From assembly GCA_018064785.1 (NCBI GenBank), contig JAGHUO010000005.1:1-50593 (forward strand): a DNA stretch of 50,593 nt, read 5' to 3'. The stretch is from Candidatus Treponema equi. GTDB lineage: Bacteria > Spirochaetota > Spirochaetia > Treponematales > Treponemataceae. Positions 1 through 9,657 of this stretch are shown one piece after another. The notes under the pieces were generated by a model, which saw only the letters and a list, made by a program, of their open reading frames with translations, did not search any database and had not been told where the DNA came from. The position numbers and the translations under genes were made by a program. Each line of letters begins with the position of its first letter. Position 1 is the stretch's first letter.

Positions 1-30
1 AAGGCAGAACTTGATAAGCTCAACAGCTAA
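1..30 (+). CDS. 3' end of an upstream CDS (partial, ...KAELDKLNS*)
   Basis: Frame open from base 1 to TAA at 28-30, followed by the SD of the next gene; too short to identify. Confidence 0.45.
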   Translation, partial: KAELDKLNS

Positions 31-48
31 AAATAAAGGAGACGGCAG

Positions 49-1113
49 ATGAATGTTAAACTGAGAAGATTGTTCAAGATTGTCGCAGCAGTGGTTTTGA
101 CTTCTGCCGTCCATGCACTTCCTGGAGTGAAGCAGTATATTCCTGACAGCTCCGGGGAGTATGTTTTCTACAGGGACTCCAGCTTCAAGACTGAAACCAT
201 TGTCGGATTCCTTTACTACAATGACAGCACCTATGCCGCCCGTCTTTATTCTCCTGCCAATGCCAAGGCAAAATCTGTTGAAAAGGATATTGTTGTTTAC
301 ATCAACATTGATCCTGCAAAAGCTGGCCTTGAGTTGACCGGTGAAAAAATCACAGGCACCGTTGAAGGCAATTCTGATCTTGTGAATTATCTTCACGATC
401 TTCTCTATGAATTCACTTCTAGACGTCAGAAAATTGTCATGGAGACAAATGCAGTTCAGTCGGTAAAAGATGACTTCCTTCAATTTGGCGGAAACGTCAC
501 GGTAAAATACAATCCATTCATTCCTGTGTTCAATATTGAAGAAATTTGTGCCGCTGACAAGAATCCAGTCCTTCGTGTGGAGACAGCCGGAATTCTTTCT
601 GATTCATCGGACAGCAGTTTCACTGATTTCAAGGGAGTCAACGGTCTTCCTAAAGACAAGAAGCGTGTTTTCAAAAAAGACAAGCATTCAACAGAAGTGG
701 AAGTCATAGGCGGAACCCAAAAAATCACCCTTGATACACAATGGCAGCAGTCTATGGAAAACCTCTGGCTTCTTGGTGACTATGCTCTTCTTTCTGTGAA
801 TGAAATGGCAATGCCAAAAGATCTAGGCGGAACAGAAAACGCCTTTGATATGCTGCAAAATCGATTCAGCCGTGGTACGACACATTCCTATGCGGTATGG
901 CAGCAGTCTAAAATCACAAGGACTGATAAATGCCTTACTATAGTCAATGTGTTCTATCAGCCAGACAGTGGCAACGTGACAAGGGATTTCAAGGTCATAA
1001 CGGCAAAGTCCGACGGAAATCTTGCAATGCTGGTTTTCACAGTCTTTGATGGTGTATATCAGAAAAGCAGATTCTATTTTGATACAATTTTGAAAAGCTA
1101 TAGAGCAGAATAA
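49..1113 (+). CDS. Secreted/periplasmic hypothetical protein (354 aa)
   Basis: SD AAGGAG upstream; basic then hydrophobic N-terminus ending in AVHA (signal peptide); no recognised motif. Confidence 0.85.
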   Translation: MNVKLRRLFKIVAAVVLTSAVHALPGVKQYIPDSSGEYVFYRDSSFKTETIVGFLYYNDSTYAARLYSPANAKAKSVEKDIVVYINIDPAKAGLELTGEKITGTVEGNSDLVNYLHDLLYEFTSRRQKIVMETNAVQSVKDDFLQFGGNVTVKYNPFIPVFNIEEICAADKNPVLRVETAGILSDSSDSSFTDFKGVNGLPKDKKRVFKKDKHSTEVEVIGGTQKITLDTQWQQSMENLWLLGDYALLSVNEMAMPKDLGGTENAFDMLQNRFSRGTTHSYAVWQQSKITRTDKCLTIVNVFYQPDSGNVTRDFKVITAKSDGNLAMLVFTVFDGVYQKSRFYFDTILKSYRAE

Positions 1114-1116
1114 AAA

Positions 1117-1150
1117 AAAGAGCGCCATTGAGTTTTCAATGGCGCTCTTT
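1117..1150. terminator. Bidirectional intrinsic terminator
   Basis: Perfect 15-bp inverted repeat AAAGAGCGCCATTGA-gttt-TCAATGGCGCTCTTT between convergent genes. Confidence 0.85.
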
Positions 1151-1153
1151 CAT

Positions 1154-2065
1154 TTAGAACGAGTTTCTTCCAAGTGGAGTACCGATCCATACTCCTTCCT
1201 GTCCAAGGTATTCCTTCTTTTCACCGTCCACAAGGAACTGTACGCTTTCAACAGTAGGGAAGGCGGTGGCAGTGTAGACAATCTGCTGCAACTGTCCACG
1301 GAGACCTTCGATTCCGTATTCATTGAATTCAAACTGACCGCTGAAGTTTAATGTGGCGGTTCCGTTCTTTACGGAAGCACCGATAAGACGTGTTCCGCTT
1401 GAAATAAGGGTACGGCATCCTGTTTTTTCTTCAGCTCCTGTTGGTCCGGAAATAATTGCGTTGATGGAATCGACAAGAGGACTGTCGGATTTTTTCATCT
1501 CACGTGTCACTTCTTTTCTTGCCACGGAACCGTTGCTGTTTATTGTCATGAAGAAAAGCTTGATCTTCATTGTCTTTGTTGCAGGTGCGGATACAGATAC
1601 TTCCTTCTTTACAACAGTCTCTTTCTTTTCTGTCTTCTCTGCTTTTTCAGTCTTAGGTTCTTCTTTCTTTTCCTCTGTCTTTGGAGGAGCCTTCTTTTCT
1701 TCTATTGTTGCTTCCTGCTGTTTCTTGGCTGTCTCATTCTGTGGTTTGACAGTCGTGGACTTTTTTGGTGTCTCGGAAACAGTAGAGTTAAGGTCGATTT
1801 CCACAGGACCAATAGGCTCTACTTCATTTTTTGTTTCAGACTGCACTTCCTGTGGCTCTTCTGCCTTTTCTACGAATTCAGGAGTCTTAAGACCGGTCTT
1901 GCTGAAGAAGCCTGTTGCCTTGAGGTTGTTTGCGATTTTATTCTGATTCACAATAAAGAGGATAAGTACAAAAAGGGCCGCAACAAGCCAAAGCGCAAAC
2001 CCTATGCCAGACTTCTTTTTTGTGTTTTTCTTTTTCTTCTCGTTTTTTTCTTTCTTTTCAAACAT
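1154..2065 (-). CDS. Membrane-anchored GerMN domain protein
   Basis: Lys-rich N-terminus, one TM helix, K/E/P/T-rich linker, C-terminal GerMN pattern (IISGPT..E, ATLNFS..F, QIVYTATAFPTVESVQFLVDG). Confidence 0.9.
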   Translation of the reverse strand: MFEKKEKNEKKKKNTKKKSGIGFALWLVAALFVLILFIVNQNKIANNLKATGFFSKTGLKTPEFVEKAEEPQEVQSETKNEVEPIGPVEIDLNSTVSETPKKSTTVKPQNETAKKQQEATIEEKKAPPKTEEKKEEPKTEKAEKTEKKETVVKKEVSVSAPATKTMKIKLFFMTINSNGSVARKEVTREMKKSDSPLVDSINAIISGPTGAEEKTGCRTLISSGTRLIGASVKNGTATLNFSGQFEFNEYGIEGLRGQLQQIVYTATAFPTVESVQFLVDGEKKEYLGQEGVWIGTPLGRNSF

Positions 2066-2071
2066 ATCTAC

Positions 2072-2100
2072 AGTATAAGATTAAAAAAGATAAATTGCAA
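2072..2100 (-). promoter_or_regulatory. Sigma70 promoter, probably leaderless, for the GerMN gene
   Basis: TTGCAA-17 nt-TATACT, then 6 nt to ATG; no SD. Confidence 0.7.
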
Positions 2101-2112
2101 TTTTCAGAATTT

Positions 2113-2886
2113 CTACTTTCTGAGCTCATACATGATTACAGAGGCTGCCTGGGCTACGTTAAGGCTGTCTACCTTAGGTCCCTGTGCCTCTGATCCCATT
2201 CCAGCAAAAGGAATGATTATGAGTTCATCGCAGTTGTTTTTTACTTCCTTGCTGATTCCATGTTCCTCATTTCCAAGGACGATGAGGGCAGGCTTTCCTT
2301 TGCATGCTTCCTTCATCTCGGAAACTTTCTTTGTTGCATCAAGAGAAGTTCCGAATCTCATCATTTTTCCGTCCATGTCTTTCAGAAGGAAATCTATGGA
2401 TCTGACGGAATATATGTTGACGAATTCCATTCCGCCTTCTGCGACACGGTAACTGCTTGTAGTTATTGAAGACTGTGCCTCATCAAGAGGAATGACGATG
2501 TTTTTGATGCCAAAGAATGCTGCGCTTCTTACAATGGCACCAAGATTGTTTGCGTTTCCTACACGGTCAAGGATGATTGCATCCTGCTTTTCTTCTACCC
2601 ACATGGCTGTGATCGCAGTGTTCAATGGGAGAATTTCCGGAGCATCGATCATTGCCACAACGCCCTGATGGTGGACGCTTCCGCAGAGCTTTTCAAGTTC
2701 TGATGGATCCTGCACCTTGTTGTAAGGTTTCTTTGCGGCTGCCATTTTTTTGCATAGACCGCCAAACAATGGGGCTTTATCCTCTGTAAAATAGAGGCGC
2801 TGGATTTTATGTGCATTGATTTTTTCAAGTGTCTTTACTGCGGCAAATCCGCAGACTGCCATTTCATTTCTAAGAGTATTCTTCAT
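2113..2886 (-). CDS. TrmH/SpoU family RNA 2'-O-methyltransferase
   Basis: HQGVVA, NLGAIVRSAAFFG, LGNEEHG and SLNVAQAASV SPOUT motifs. Confidence 0.95.
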   Translation of the reverse strand: MKNTLRNEMAVCGFAAVKTLEKINAHKIQRLYFTEDKAPLFGGLCKKMAAAKKPYNKVQDPSELEKLCGSVHHQGVVAMIDAPEILPLNTAITAMWVEEKQDAIILDRVGNANNLGAIVRSAAFFGIKNIVIPLDEAQSSITTSSYRVAEGGMEFVNIYSVRSIDFLLKDMDGKMMRFGTSLDATKKVSEMKEACKGKPALIVLGNEEHGISKEVKNNCDELIIIPFAGMGSEAQGPKVDSLNVAQAASVIMYELRK

Positions 2887-2892
2887 GGTTTA

Positions 2893-2921
2893 ATTGTAGA
2901 TTAAAAAATAAATCGTGTCAT
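2893..2921 (-). promoter_or_regulatory. Sigma70 promoter, probably leaderless, for the TrmH-family gene
   Basis: ATGACA-17 nt-TACAAT, then 6 nt to ATG; no SD. Confidence 0.65.
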
Positions 2922-2941
2922 TCCCGTTGAAACAGGATGTT

Positions 2942-3637
2942 CTAATTTCTGTTGTTCCTTACATCGCCTGGGGAAATGTTGTAGTGTTTTTTGAAACAGT
3001 TGCAGAAATATGGAGCAGTGGTGAATCCGCATCGTTCCGCGATTTCTTTGATGGAAAGTCCTGTGTAGACAAGCAGGTTGCGGGCTTCCTCAAGGCGCAG
3101 GATGTTAAGGTAGTTCCAGAGTGTCATCCCCATTTCCCTATGGAAAATTCTTGTAAGATAGTCCTCGTCGGTTCCGATTGCCTGGGAAATTTCTTTTCGT
3201 GTGAATTTGTTTCCGATGTTGGAATCAAGGAAAAGTATAGTCTTTTTTGCAATTGCGGCTGTCCGGGCAGGAGAGAGAGTTTTCCCCTTTGTCATTATGG
3301 ATTTGAGATGGCTTACGAATATAGGCTGCAATGAGACATTTGAATTGCATAATATGATGTTCGGGAAAGAAATGAGGGCATTTATCTCTTCTTTCGTGAA
3401 TTTTTCCGTAGTCACAAGAATCGGGATGAACGTAAATCTGTCTATTTTTCTTATGTACATTATTTCATCTTGCGTCAAGGTTTCTGCTACGATAAGGTCG
3501 GGTAAAAAACTCATGGCCAAGGTCTCAAGAAAGTTGATGGAAGAAATTACTTCTGTATCATTTTCCTTCGAGAGGATCTTGAGCAGAGAAGATTGTGTTC
3601 CTATGAAGATTATCTTCTTTGGTTTCCACAAGGCCAT
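2942..3637 (-). CDS. AraC family regulator with a degenerate N-terminal receiver-like domain
   Basis: C-terminal double HTH (YLTRIFHREMG...SIKEIAERCGF...YFCNCFKKHYNISP); N-terminal PDLIVAE...IPILVTT resembles a receiver domain without the phospho-Asp; start overlaps upstream stop (TAATG). Confidence 0.9.
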   Translation of the reverse strand: MALWKPKKIIFIGTQSSLLKILSKENDTEVISSINFLETLAMSFLPDLIVAETLTQDEIMYIRKIDRFTFIPILVTTEKFTKEEINALISFPNIILCNSNVSLQPIFVSHLKSIMTKGKTLSPARTAAIAKKTILFLDSNIGNKFTRKEISQAIGTDEDYLTRIFHREMGMTLWNYLNILRLEEARNLLVYTGLSIKEIAERCGFTTAPYFCNCFKKHYNISPGDVRNNRN

Positions 3638-4674
3638 TATAGATACTCCACGGCACCGTATCTGCTGTCGTTATAGGCAAGGAAATCTGCGATATATTTT
3701 TTTGCTTCCGCGCAGATGACTGAGATTCTTTTTGAGCCATTGTCTGTTTCTACAAGTGGGTCTACATAGCGCTGTTTTACTTTAAGGCTTATGCAATATG
3801 ATCCCTGGATCGGTGTTTCGCTTCTTATGATTTTTGTCATTCCACGGAATGTCCGGAACAACTTTGAGAATTCAGTTTCTTTGTTTTGGCCAGCATATCT
3901 TTCAAAACGATCAATGAGCTGTGCTTCTGTAAAATCATAGAAATCTTTTTCTGTCGCAATGGATTCTTTTTCTGCGGCTGAAAGAACATCTGCCATGAGC
4001 TGCATCGCTATCTTGTCTTCGTTGTGCTGGAGTATGAGACTTATGTCTATGAATTTTTTTGTATATTCAAGGCAGGCTTCTGTCTCATCAAAACCAAGCT
4101 CCGGAAGATTCTTTTCATTCTTCAGGACTTTTATATGACTGTAGTTTTTTATTGCATCTTCAATGGTCCAGACTTTATCAAGGGCAGCTCCGCTTGGATA
4201 CATATATTCAAGACGGTCGGCGCTTAATCCAGGCATTTCGTTGTCGCAGATTGGGTATATATGATAGTCATTCACTTCTGTTGTTTTGATTCCGTCGGCG
4301 GAAAGCAAGTCCTGCAATTCTTTATCTTCGTCGATCATCCTTGCGTTAAGGTCTTCTGTTGAACTTTGGGTAAGTGCGTCTCCATTCTTGAAATCACTAA
4401 CGTGACTGAAAGACGGTGTTGAGACATCATGCAGTAAGGATGCAAGGGTCTGTTTTTTGTCATGGGTGAAATTCCATGTGATGAGGGCTGTTCCTATGGA
4501 ATGGTCGAGCCGTGAGTACTTGAAATAATTGTGGAACAAGGGAGTCCAGTCTGTTCCGCATAGAAGACCTATGCCATCAAGACGCTGCATGATAGGTAGA
4601 GAAATATATTTTTCAAGGAAATCCGGCCTGTCCTTGCAAAGAGAGCCATGATATTCCGTCTTGAAATTACCCAT
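3637..4674 (-). CDS. HD-domain phosphohydrolase (YdhJ/dNTPase-like)
   Basis: MQRL.GI, SRLDHSIG, LLHDVS..FSH and ADRLEY motifs. Confidence 0.9.
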   Translation of the reverse strand: MGNFKTEYHGSLCKDRPDFLEKYISLPIMQRLDGIGLLCGTDWTPLFHNYFKYSRLDHSIGTALITWNFTHDKKQTLASLLHDVSTPSFSHVSDFKNGDALTQSSTEDLNARMIDEDKELQDLLSADGIKTTEVNDYHIYPICDNEMPGLSADRLEYMYPSGAALDKVWTIEDAIKNYSHIKVLKNEKNLPELGFDETEACLEYTKKFIDISLILQHNEDKIAMQLMADVLSAAEKESIATEKDFYDFTEAQLIDRFERYAGQNKETEFSKLFRTFRGMTKIIRSETPIQGSYCISLKVKQRYVDPLVETDNGSKRISVICAEAKKYIADFLAYNDSRYGAVEYL

Positions 4675-4739
4675 GATAAAAATATATCATAACCGTGATT
4701 TTTTTTGTAGGTAATTGAAAATTGTGATGGGAGGTTTTT

Positions 4740-5489
4740 ATGGAATTTAAACAATATCATGGGGAAGATAAGATTTTTTATTCTGATGAACAGGTTTATT
4801 TCAGCCAGGCAAATTTATTCGGATATTTTAGTCTTCATGAACTGTTGCGTATGACATCGGATATTGCGGTAGAGGATTACAATCAGCAGGGGATGTCCCG
4901 TGAGTTTCTAAAAGAAAAAGGATATGGAATTCTTGTTTCACGTCTTTCATTCAGGTTCCACAAGATGCCGGTGGAAAATCAGAGAGTTCATTTTGTAACA
5001 TGGGAAGAAAAGCCGGAACCTCTACAGTTGACCCGTTGCTATAAAATTCTTGATGATGATGGAAGTCCTTTGATAAGCGGAAAATCTTACTGGCTTGTTG
5101 TTGACCTTAAGGCACGAAGGTTGATGCCTACTGCGAAATTTACCCTTAGACCAAATCCTGAACTGACAACTGAGATGGACTGCCTTCCGCCTGCAAAAAT
5201 AGTTCCGTCTGAGAATATGGAATTGTGGGATTCAAGGACAATTAAATTTTCAGATCTGGATTCCAACGGACATACGACAAATTCAAGATATGCCGCCTTT
5301 ATTGAAGATGCCCTACCTGAGGAATACAGAAACAAAAATCCTGTAGATTTCAAGGTAAATTTTTCAAAGGAAGCCATGCTCGGAAGTCATCTTGATATTT
5401 ATGGAGCAATTGAAGATGACGGAAAAAAGATAAAGATCATTGGAAAAACTTCTGAAGCATGTTCTTTTGAGGCTGAGCTATATTACTAG
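4740..5489 (+). CDS. Acyl-ACP thioesterase (double hot-dog fold)
   Basis: SDLDSNGHTTNSRY catalytic motif; S.WLVVDLKARR; SD GGAGG. Confidence 0.93.
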   Translation: MEFKQYHGEDKIFYSDEQVYFSQANLFGYFSLHELLRMTSDIAVEDYNQQGMSREFLKEKGYGILVSRLSFRFHKMPVENQRVHFVTWEEKPEPLQLTRCYKILDDDGSPLISGKSYWLVVDLKARRLMPTAKFTLRPNPELTTEMDCLPPAKIVPSENMELWDSRTIKFSDLDSNGHTTNSRYAAFIEDALPEEYRNKNPVDFKVNFSKEAMLGSHLDIYGAIEDDGKKIKIIGKTSEACSFEAELYY

Positions 5490-5508
5490 GTAATCTATAT
5501 GAGTAATT

Positions 5509-5544
5509 AGGGCTGTCCTGTTGAATGGGACAGCTCTTTTTTTT
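5509..5544 (+). terminator. Intrinsic terminator
   Basis: AGGGCTGTCCT/GGGACAGCTCT stem followed by a long T tract. Confidence 0.8.
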
Positions 5545-5630
5545 GTGAGTGACTCATAGAAAATCTATGGAAAACTCACAATACAGACATCATTTATTTC
5601 TATATATTTTAGCCATCAAGGAGAGGTTAA

Positions 5631-6233
5631 ATGGCTAATATAATATTGATAGATGACCATAAGATGATGCGTGAAGGCTTGAAGAGTTTTCTTGGTGATC
5701 AGAAAGGCTGGAATGTCATAGCGGAAGCAGGTTCTCTTTCTGAAGTCAAGCAGCTTTTATGTTCAGAGGATAAAAGACTTGTTGATGCCATTGCCATTGT
5801 TGATATAAAACTTGGCAATGATTCAGGACTTGATGTGCTTAGACTTCTTTCTGAATCAAGACTTGGTATACATTCCCTTATGTACTCCATGTTTGATTCA
5901 CCAGGTTATGCCATTGAAGCAATTGATCGTGGCGCCATGGGATACATTACAAAGGCAGCGGACAACACGGAACTTATAAAGGCCTTGAAAGAAATACAGT
6001 CTGGAAATACCTATATCCAGCAGTCCCTGGTTCGTGGTATTACCGTAACTGCAAATCTTGTGGCAGGACTTACAAAAAAAGAAAAACAGATTTTTGATCT
6101 TATCAGACAAGGATTGTCCAATGATGAGATTTCTCGTCAACTTGAGATAAGTCTCAGGACTACGGAGAACTATGTCTCAAAAATCTATGACAAGCTTGGC
6201 GTCAATGACAGATCTGAACTGATCACAAAGTGA
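5631..6233 (+). CDS. NarL/LuxR family response regulator (no adjacent kinase)
   Basis: IDDH, VDI (phospho-Asp), GAMGYITK; C-terminal LTKKE...GLSNDEISRQLEIS.RT...IYDKLGV HTH; SD AAGGAGAGG. Confidence 0.95.
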   Translation: MANIILIDDHKMMREGLKSFLGDQKGWNVIAEAGSLSEVKQLLCSEDKRLVDAIAIVDIKLGNDSGLDVLRLLSESRLGIHSLMYSMFDSPGYAIEAIDRGAMGYITKAADNTELIKALKEIQSGNTYIQQSLVRGITVTANLVAGLTKKEKQIFDLIRQGLSNDEISRQLEISLRTTENYVSKIYDKLGVNDRSELITK

Positions 6234-6257
6234 TCGTAGTCGAATGAACTGAAAATT

Positions 6258-6295
6258 AAAAGGGGTTGTTTCCTGGGCAGGAAACAACCCCTTTT
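6258..6295. terminator. Bidirectional intrinsic terminator
   Basis: Perfect 18-bp inverted repeat AAAAGGGGTTGTTTCCTG/CAGGAAACAACCCCTTTT between convergent genes. Confidence 0.9.
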
Positions 6296-6312
6296 GTGTT
6301 ATGGAAAGTCTA

Positions 6313-9300
6313 TTAGATGCTTACATTGATGGCCTTGATTCCACCATTGCGTGCAAAGAGAACCTTTGTGACATCGCATGGAAGGGCATTTCCTTCGTAG
6401 TCAGATGTCTTTCCGTCTGCAAATTCAACGGTGATCTTCTTTGATGCTGCCTTTGTATAGACGATCTTTGTGTTGCACCATGTGAATGACAATGTTCCGT
6501 TCTTATATTCCTCTTCCTTGAGGATAAGTGGGTTGAACATAGCCTGTCCGTTTTCGATGCATGCACCAAGTTCTCCAAAGCGTGTAAGAACTTCTTCCTT
6601 GACCTGTCCTGTCATACCAGGCTGTTTTGCACCCTTGTGGTATGGTGTGTGGCTGTATGGGTCTGAAGGGAATGCTCCGTAGATTTCAGGAGTCTTCATG
6701 AAACTCAAGCCTGCCTGGATGTTGTAGTATTCGTCCTTAAGCTTGTCTGCGCATGGATTTCCATTCTTGTATGCAGCAAGAGCGATTTCCTGGGCTGCAA
6801 GGAGAAGCTTTGAAACCATGTGCCAGTAGATAGAGCCGAGACCTTCGTAGGCATAGAATGTTCCAGAGCGTCCAGTGAAGTTCTGATGGCAGAATGTCTT
6901 CTCGTAGAGTTCCACAAGAGAATTGATTTCCTTTGTAGAAAGCTTGCGTGCCAATGGAAGGGCTGCAATGTGATCCTGCATTACGCTTGCGTTTCTGAAT
7001 TCAGCATTGAAGTGATATACGTTGTTCTCATCTTTTTCGATGAAAGCATTTCCAGTCTTTGCGATTACAGACTCAAGTTCCTTTGCATCCTCTGCGCTTA
7101 CATTGTTTTTCTCAAGGAATGTCTTGAGGGTCTTGTTAGGGTAGAGCATGTAAGAATTCTGGCGTTCTTCATAAAGCTTGCTTGTCTTCATCTTCTGGAG
7201 AAGTTCAAGTGATTCTTCTGTGCTGAGCATTCCGCTTGAAAGGATTGAAACCTGACCTTCGAGCATTTCCTGAAGATATTTTACTGTCATTGTCTTTTCA
7301 CCGATCACAACAGTGTTGTATGTGTGGTAGAGGCCGTCCTCTCTTTTGTTTGCGCGGAGTGTAAGTTCAACAGCATTTCTGATTGCAGTAAGACATGTAA
7401 CGATGTCCTGACGAGAGATTTCAGTTGTCTTTGAACCGTAGCCGTTCTTGTAGAGTTCCTTTCTTTCTGTCTCAAATACTGCACCTTCAGCATCTGTGAA
7501 GCTTCTGCGTGCTGTATCATCACTCATGGTCTTGCTGAAGTCTGTGGTCTGGTAAAGTCCGCAGATCTTTGTGAATGCCTTTGCTACTGTCTCAGGTATC
7601 TTGTATTCTGTGATTGGAGATGCAGAGTAAATCTCGATCATGAACTTGAGCATGCGGTTGAGGTAACCGAGAGTTACTACTGAAAGTCCGTAACCTGCGA
7701 GAGCGTTGTTTGCATCGTTCCATTCAGGACGCTGTGTGTTCATCCAGATACCGCCACCAGGAATGAGGTTTGATGCCTTCTGGATGATGATCTGGAAGAG
7801 CTTTGTTGTGATGTTTACAAGCTGAGGCTGGCCCTTCTTGTCTGTGTACATCTTGCGGTCTGTTCCGAATTCCTTGCTGTCCTTTATAAGCTTGTCGCTG
7901 AGTTCGCCGTCGAATGCAAGTGAATTTCTTGGGTCTGCAAGAATTTCCTTGTAACTCTTGAGTCTGTAAGGAACGTTTGCGCTGCAGTAAAGTTCTTCAT
8001 CAAGGCTGTTGAGAAGTTCTTCACGGTTGATTGCATTCCACTGCTCGAGGAGTTTCTGGAGATAGATGACCTGGTGGTCACCCCAGTATCCGTACTGTGC
8101 CCATGGATTGTCTGGCTCTGGGCATTCCCAGTCGATTCCCTGACGGTTGATTCTGTATGGATTGAATCCATCGATTGTCATTGCGTTGAGGAATTTTGCG
8201 CAGATGTTCTTGATGTATGCTGGATAAGACATTGTGAGTGCTTCCCAGTTCTGGAAGATATCACGCCAGTTTCCTTCGTAGTTGAGGATTGGATTTCCGT
8301 CCTTGTCGTTGAGCATGATGTTGAACTTGTTCCATGGACGGCTTGGGTCACCGTGGCGGCGGCTGAAGATTACAGGCATGTATTCCATGAAGAGACGCTT
8401 GATCTGTGGATCTGAACTCTTGTTTACTGCTTCTTCAAGTTCATCCTTTGAGAGTGATGTCTTTCCCTTGAATGCTGAAAGGAGCTTTTCAAGTTCTTCT
8501 CCCTTTTCCTTGTTGCGTGTCTTTACGAAGTCAAAGAGGTCAGGAGCGTTGATTCTTCCGTTGTCGGCAAAGAATCCTCCGCGCATGATGTTGAACATGA
8601 CGTTTGCTCTGTGGTGTGCGCAAGTCATTTCTTCTGCTGTGTCCTGGATTCCGTCTGCCTCTGAAAGATATGCTGTCATGAGGTTTTCAGTTGCATCCAT
8701 ATCGGCTTTGAGAGCTGCCGCTGCGGAAGCCTTGTCCTTTACCATGTTCTTAAGAGTTGCAACTTTTGAGGCTGTGAGGAATGTGTCGAATACCTGGCAC
8801 CATTCAGCCTTGTCTTTGAGAGCAATCTTCTGTGCGATGTAAGAAGCTCCGCGTTCACCCTTTGTTGCGCTTACGCTTTCGATCTTGTCTGTGTCGCCAT
8901 CTGCTCCGTAGAAAAGAGCAGGTGTGTTTTCCTGAAGAAGGATTTTTCCGTCGCAAGTAAACCAGCTTGTGTTGGCAAGGAGGCCTTCGCTTGGTTCCGC
9001 TCTGTCTGTAAGTACGGAAGACATGATGTAGAATGAAAGTCCACTTTCTGCGTCAAGGTCTGTTTCCTTGTATGCGTCGATGAGTGTTGAATTTTCATTC
9101 TGTACATTGCTGTTGATGCATGCTGGAAGAACGTTGCGGCATCCGTCTACAATGGAAATTTCCATTTCCTTGCCGCTGAGGTTTTCAATGCGTGACATCT
9201 TTACGAGACCGAACTTTGCGCTGCTTGTCCATCCGTAACGGAATGCAAGTCCAAGGTCCTTGTTGATTTCCTCAAACCAGATTTTTGTTCCGTTGAGGTT

Positions 9301-9657
9301 CTTGTATATGTTGCGTTCGATTGAAGTGCAGTTCTTTGTCTTGTAGTTTACACCAGAAAGGAGTGACTCAAATGGCTGCCATATTGTTGTGCCGTTGCCG
9401 TTCTTTACAGCCACTGCTGTCCAGCTTCCTGTCACGTTCTTGAGATCAGAAACTTTGTCTACTGTGTAGTATGGGAAAATCGAATGGTTGCTGTTGATTC
9501 TTCCGGCTGTGATTCCACCATGAGACCAGCAGAAATTCCACACGTCTGATGAGCTTGTGATTGTCATGAAGAAATCTTCCATGCAATCGTAATTCTTGAT
9601 GCAGTAGAATTTTTCTCCATCAAGTTCAACAAAAGTTCCTTTTACTTCTTTGGCCAT
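6313..9657 (-). CDS. Probable GH149 beta-1,3-glucan (laminarin) phosphorylase, 1114 aa
   Basis: Size plus motifs FFMTITSSSD.W...GGITAGR, SRRHGDPSRPWN, YEGNWRDIFQNWEAL, YWGDHQ, MNTQRPEWNDANNAL, YEGLGSIYWHM, DPYSHTP...QPGMTGQVKEE, as I recall them for GH149; start at ATG 9657 after SD AAGGGG; no signal peptide. Confidence 0.8.
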   Translation of the reverse strand: MAKEVKGTFVELDGEKFYCIKNYDCMEDFFMTITSSSDVWNFCWSHGGITAGRINSNHSIFPYYTVDKVSDLKNVTGSWTAVAVKNGNGTTIWQPFESLLSGVNYKTKNCTSIERNIYKNLNGTKIWFEEINKDLGLAFRYGWTSSAKFGLVKMSRIENLSGKEMEISIVDGCRNVLPACINSNVQNENSTLIDAYKETDLDAESGLSFYIMSSVLTDRAEPSEGLLANTSWFTCDGKILLQENTPALFYGADGDTDKIESVSATKGERGASYIAQKIALKDKAEWCQVFDTFLTASKVATLKNMVKDKASAAAALKADMDATENLMTAYLSEADGIQDTAEEMTCAHHRANVMFNIMRGGFFADNGRINAPDLFDFVKTRNKEKGEELEKLLSAFKGKTSLSKDELEEAVNKSSDPQIKRLFMEYMPVIFSRRHGDPSRPWNKFNIMLNDKDGNPILNYEGNWRDIFQNWEALTMSYPAYIKNICAKFLNAMTIDGFNPYRINRQGIDWECPEPDNPWAQYGYWGDHQVIYLQKLLEQWNAINREELLNSLDEELYCSANVPYRLKSYKEILADPRNSLAFDGELSDKLIKDSKEFGTDRKMYTDKKGQPQLVNITTKLFQIIIQKASNLIPGGGIWMNTQRPEWNDANNALAGYGLSVVTLGYLNRMLKFMIEIYSASPITEYKIPETVAKAFTKICGLYQTTDFSKTMSDDTARRSFTDAEGAVFETERKELYKNGYGSKTTEISRQDIVTCLTAIRNAVELTLRANKREDGLYHTYNTVVIGEKTMTVKYLQEMLEGQVSILSSGMLSTEESLELLQKMKTSKLYEERQNSYMLYPNKTLKTFLEKNNVSAEDAKELESVIAKTGNAFIEKDENNVYHFNAEFRNASVMQDHIAALPLARKLSTKEINSLVELYEKTFCHQNFTGRSGTFYAYEGLGSIYWHMVSKLLLAAQEIALAAYKNGNPCADKLKDEYYNIQAGLSFMKTPEIYGAFPSDPYSHTPYHKGAKQPGMTGQVKEEVLTRFGELGACIENGQAMFNPLILKEEEYKNGTLSFTWCNTKIVYTKAASKKITVEFADGKTSDYEGNALPCDVTKVLFARNGGIKAINVSI

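Noticed and set aside
3637-4674. HD protein as an anti-phage dNTPase or Cas3-like defence gene
   Set aside because: No helicase, cas or other defence genes nearby; housekeeping context
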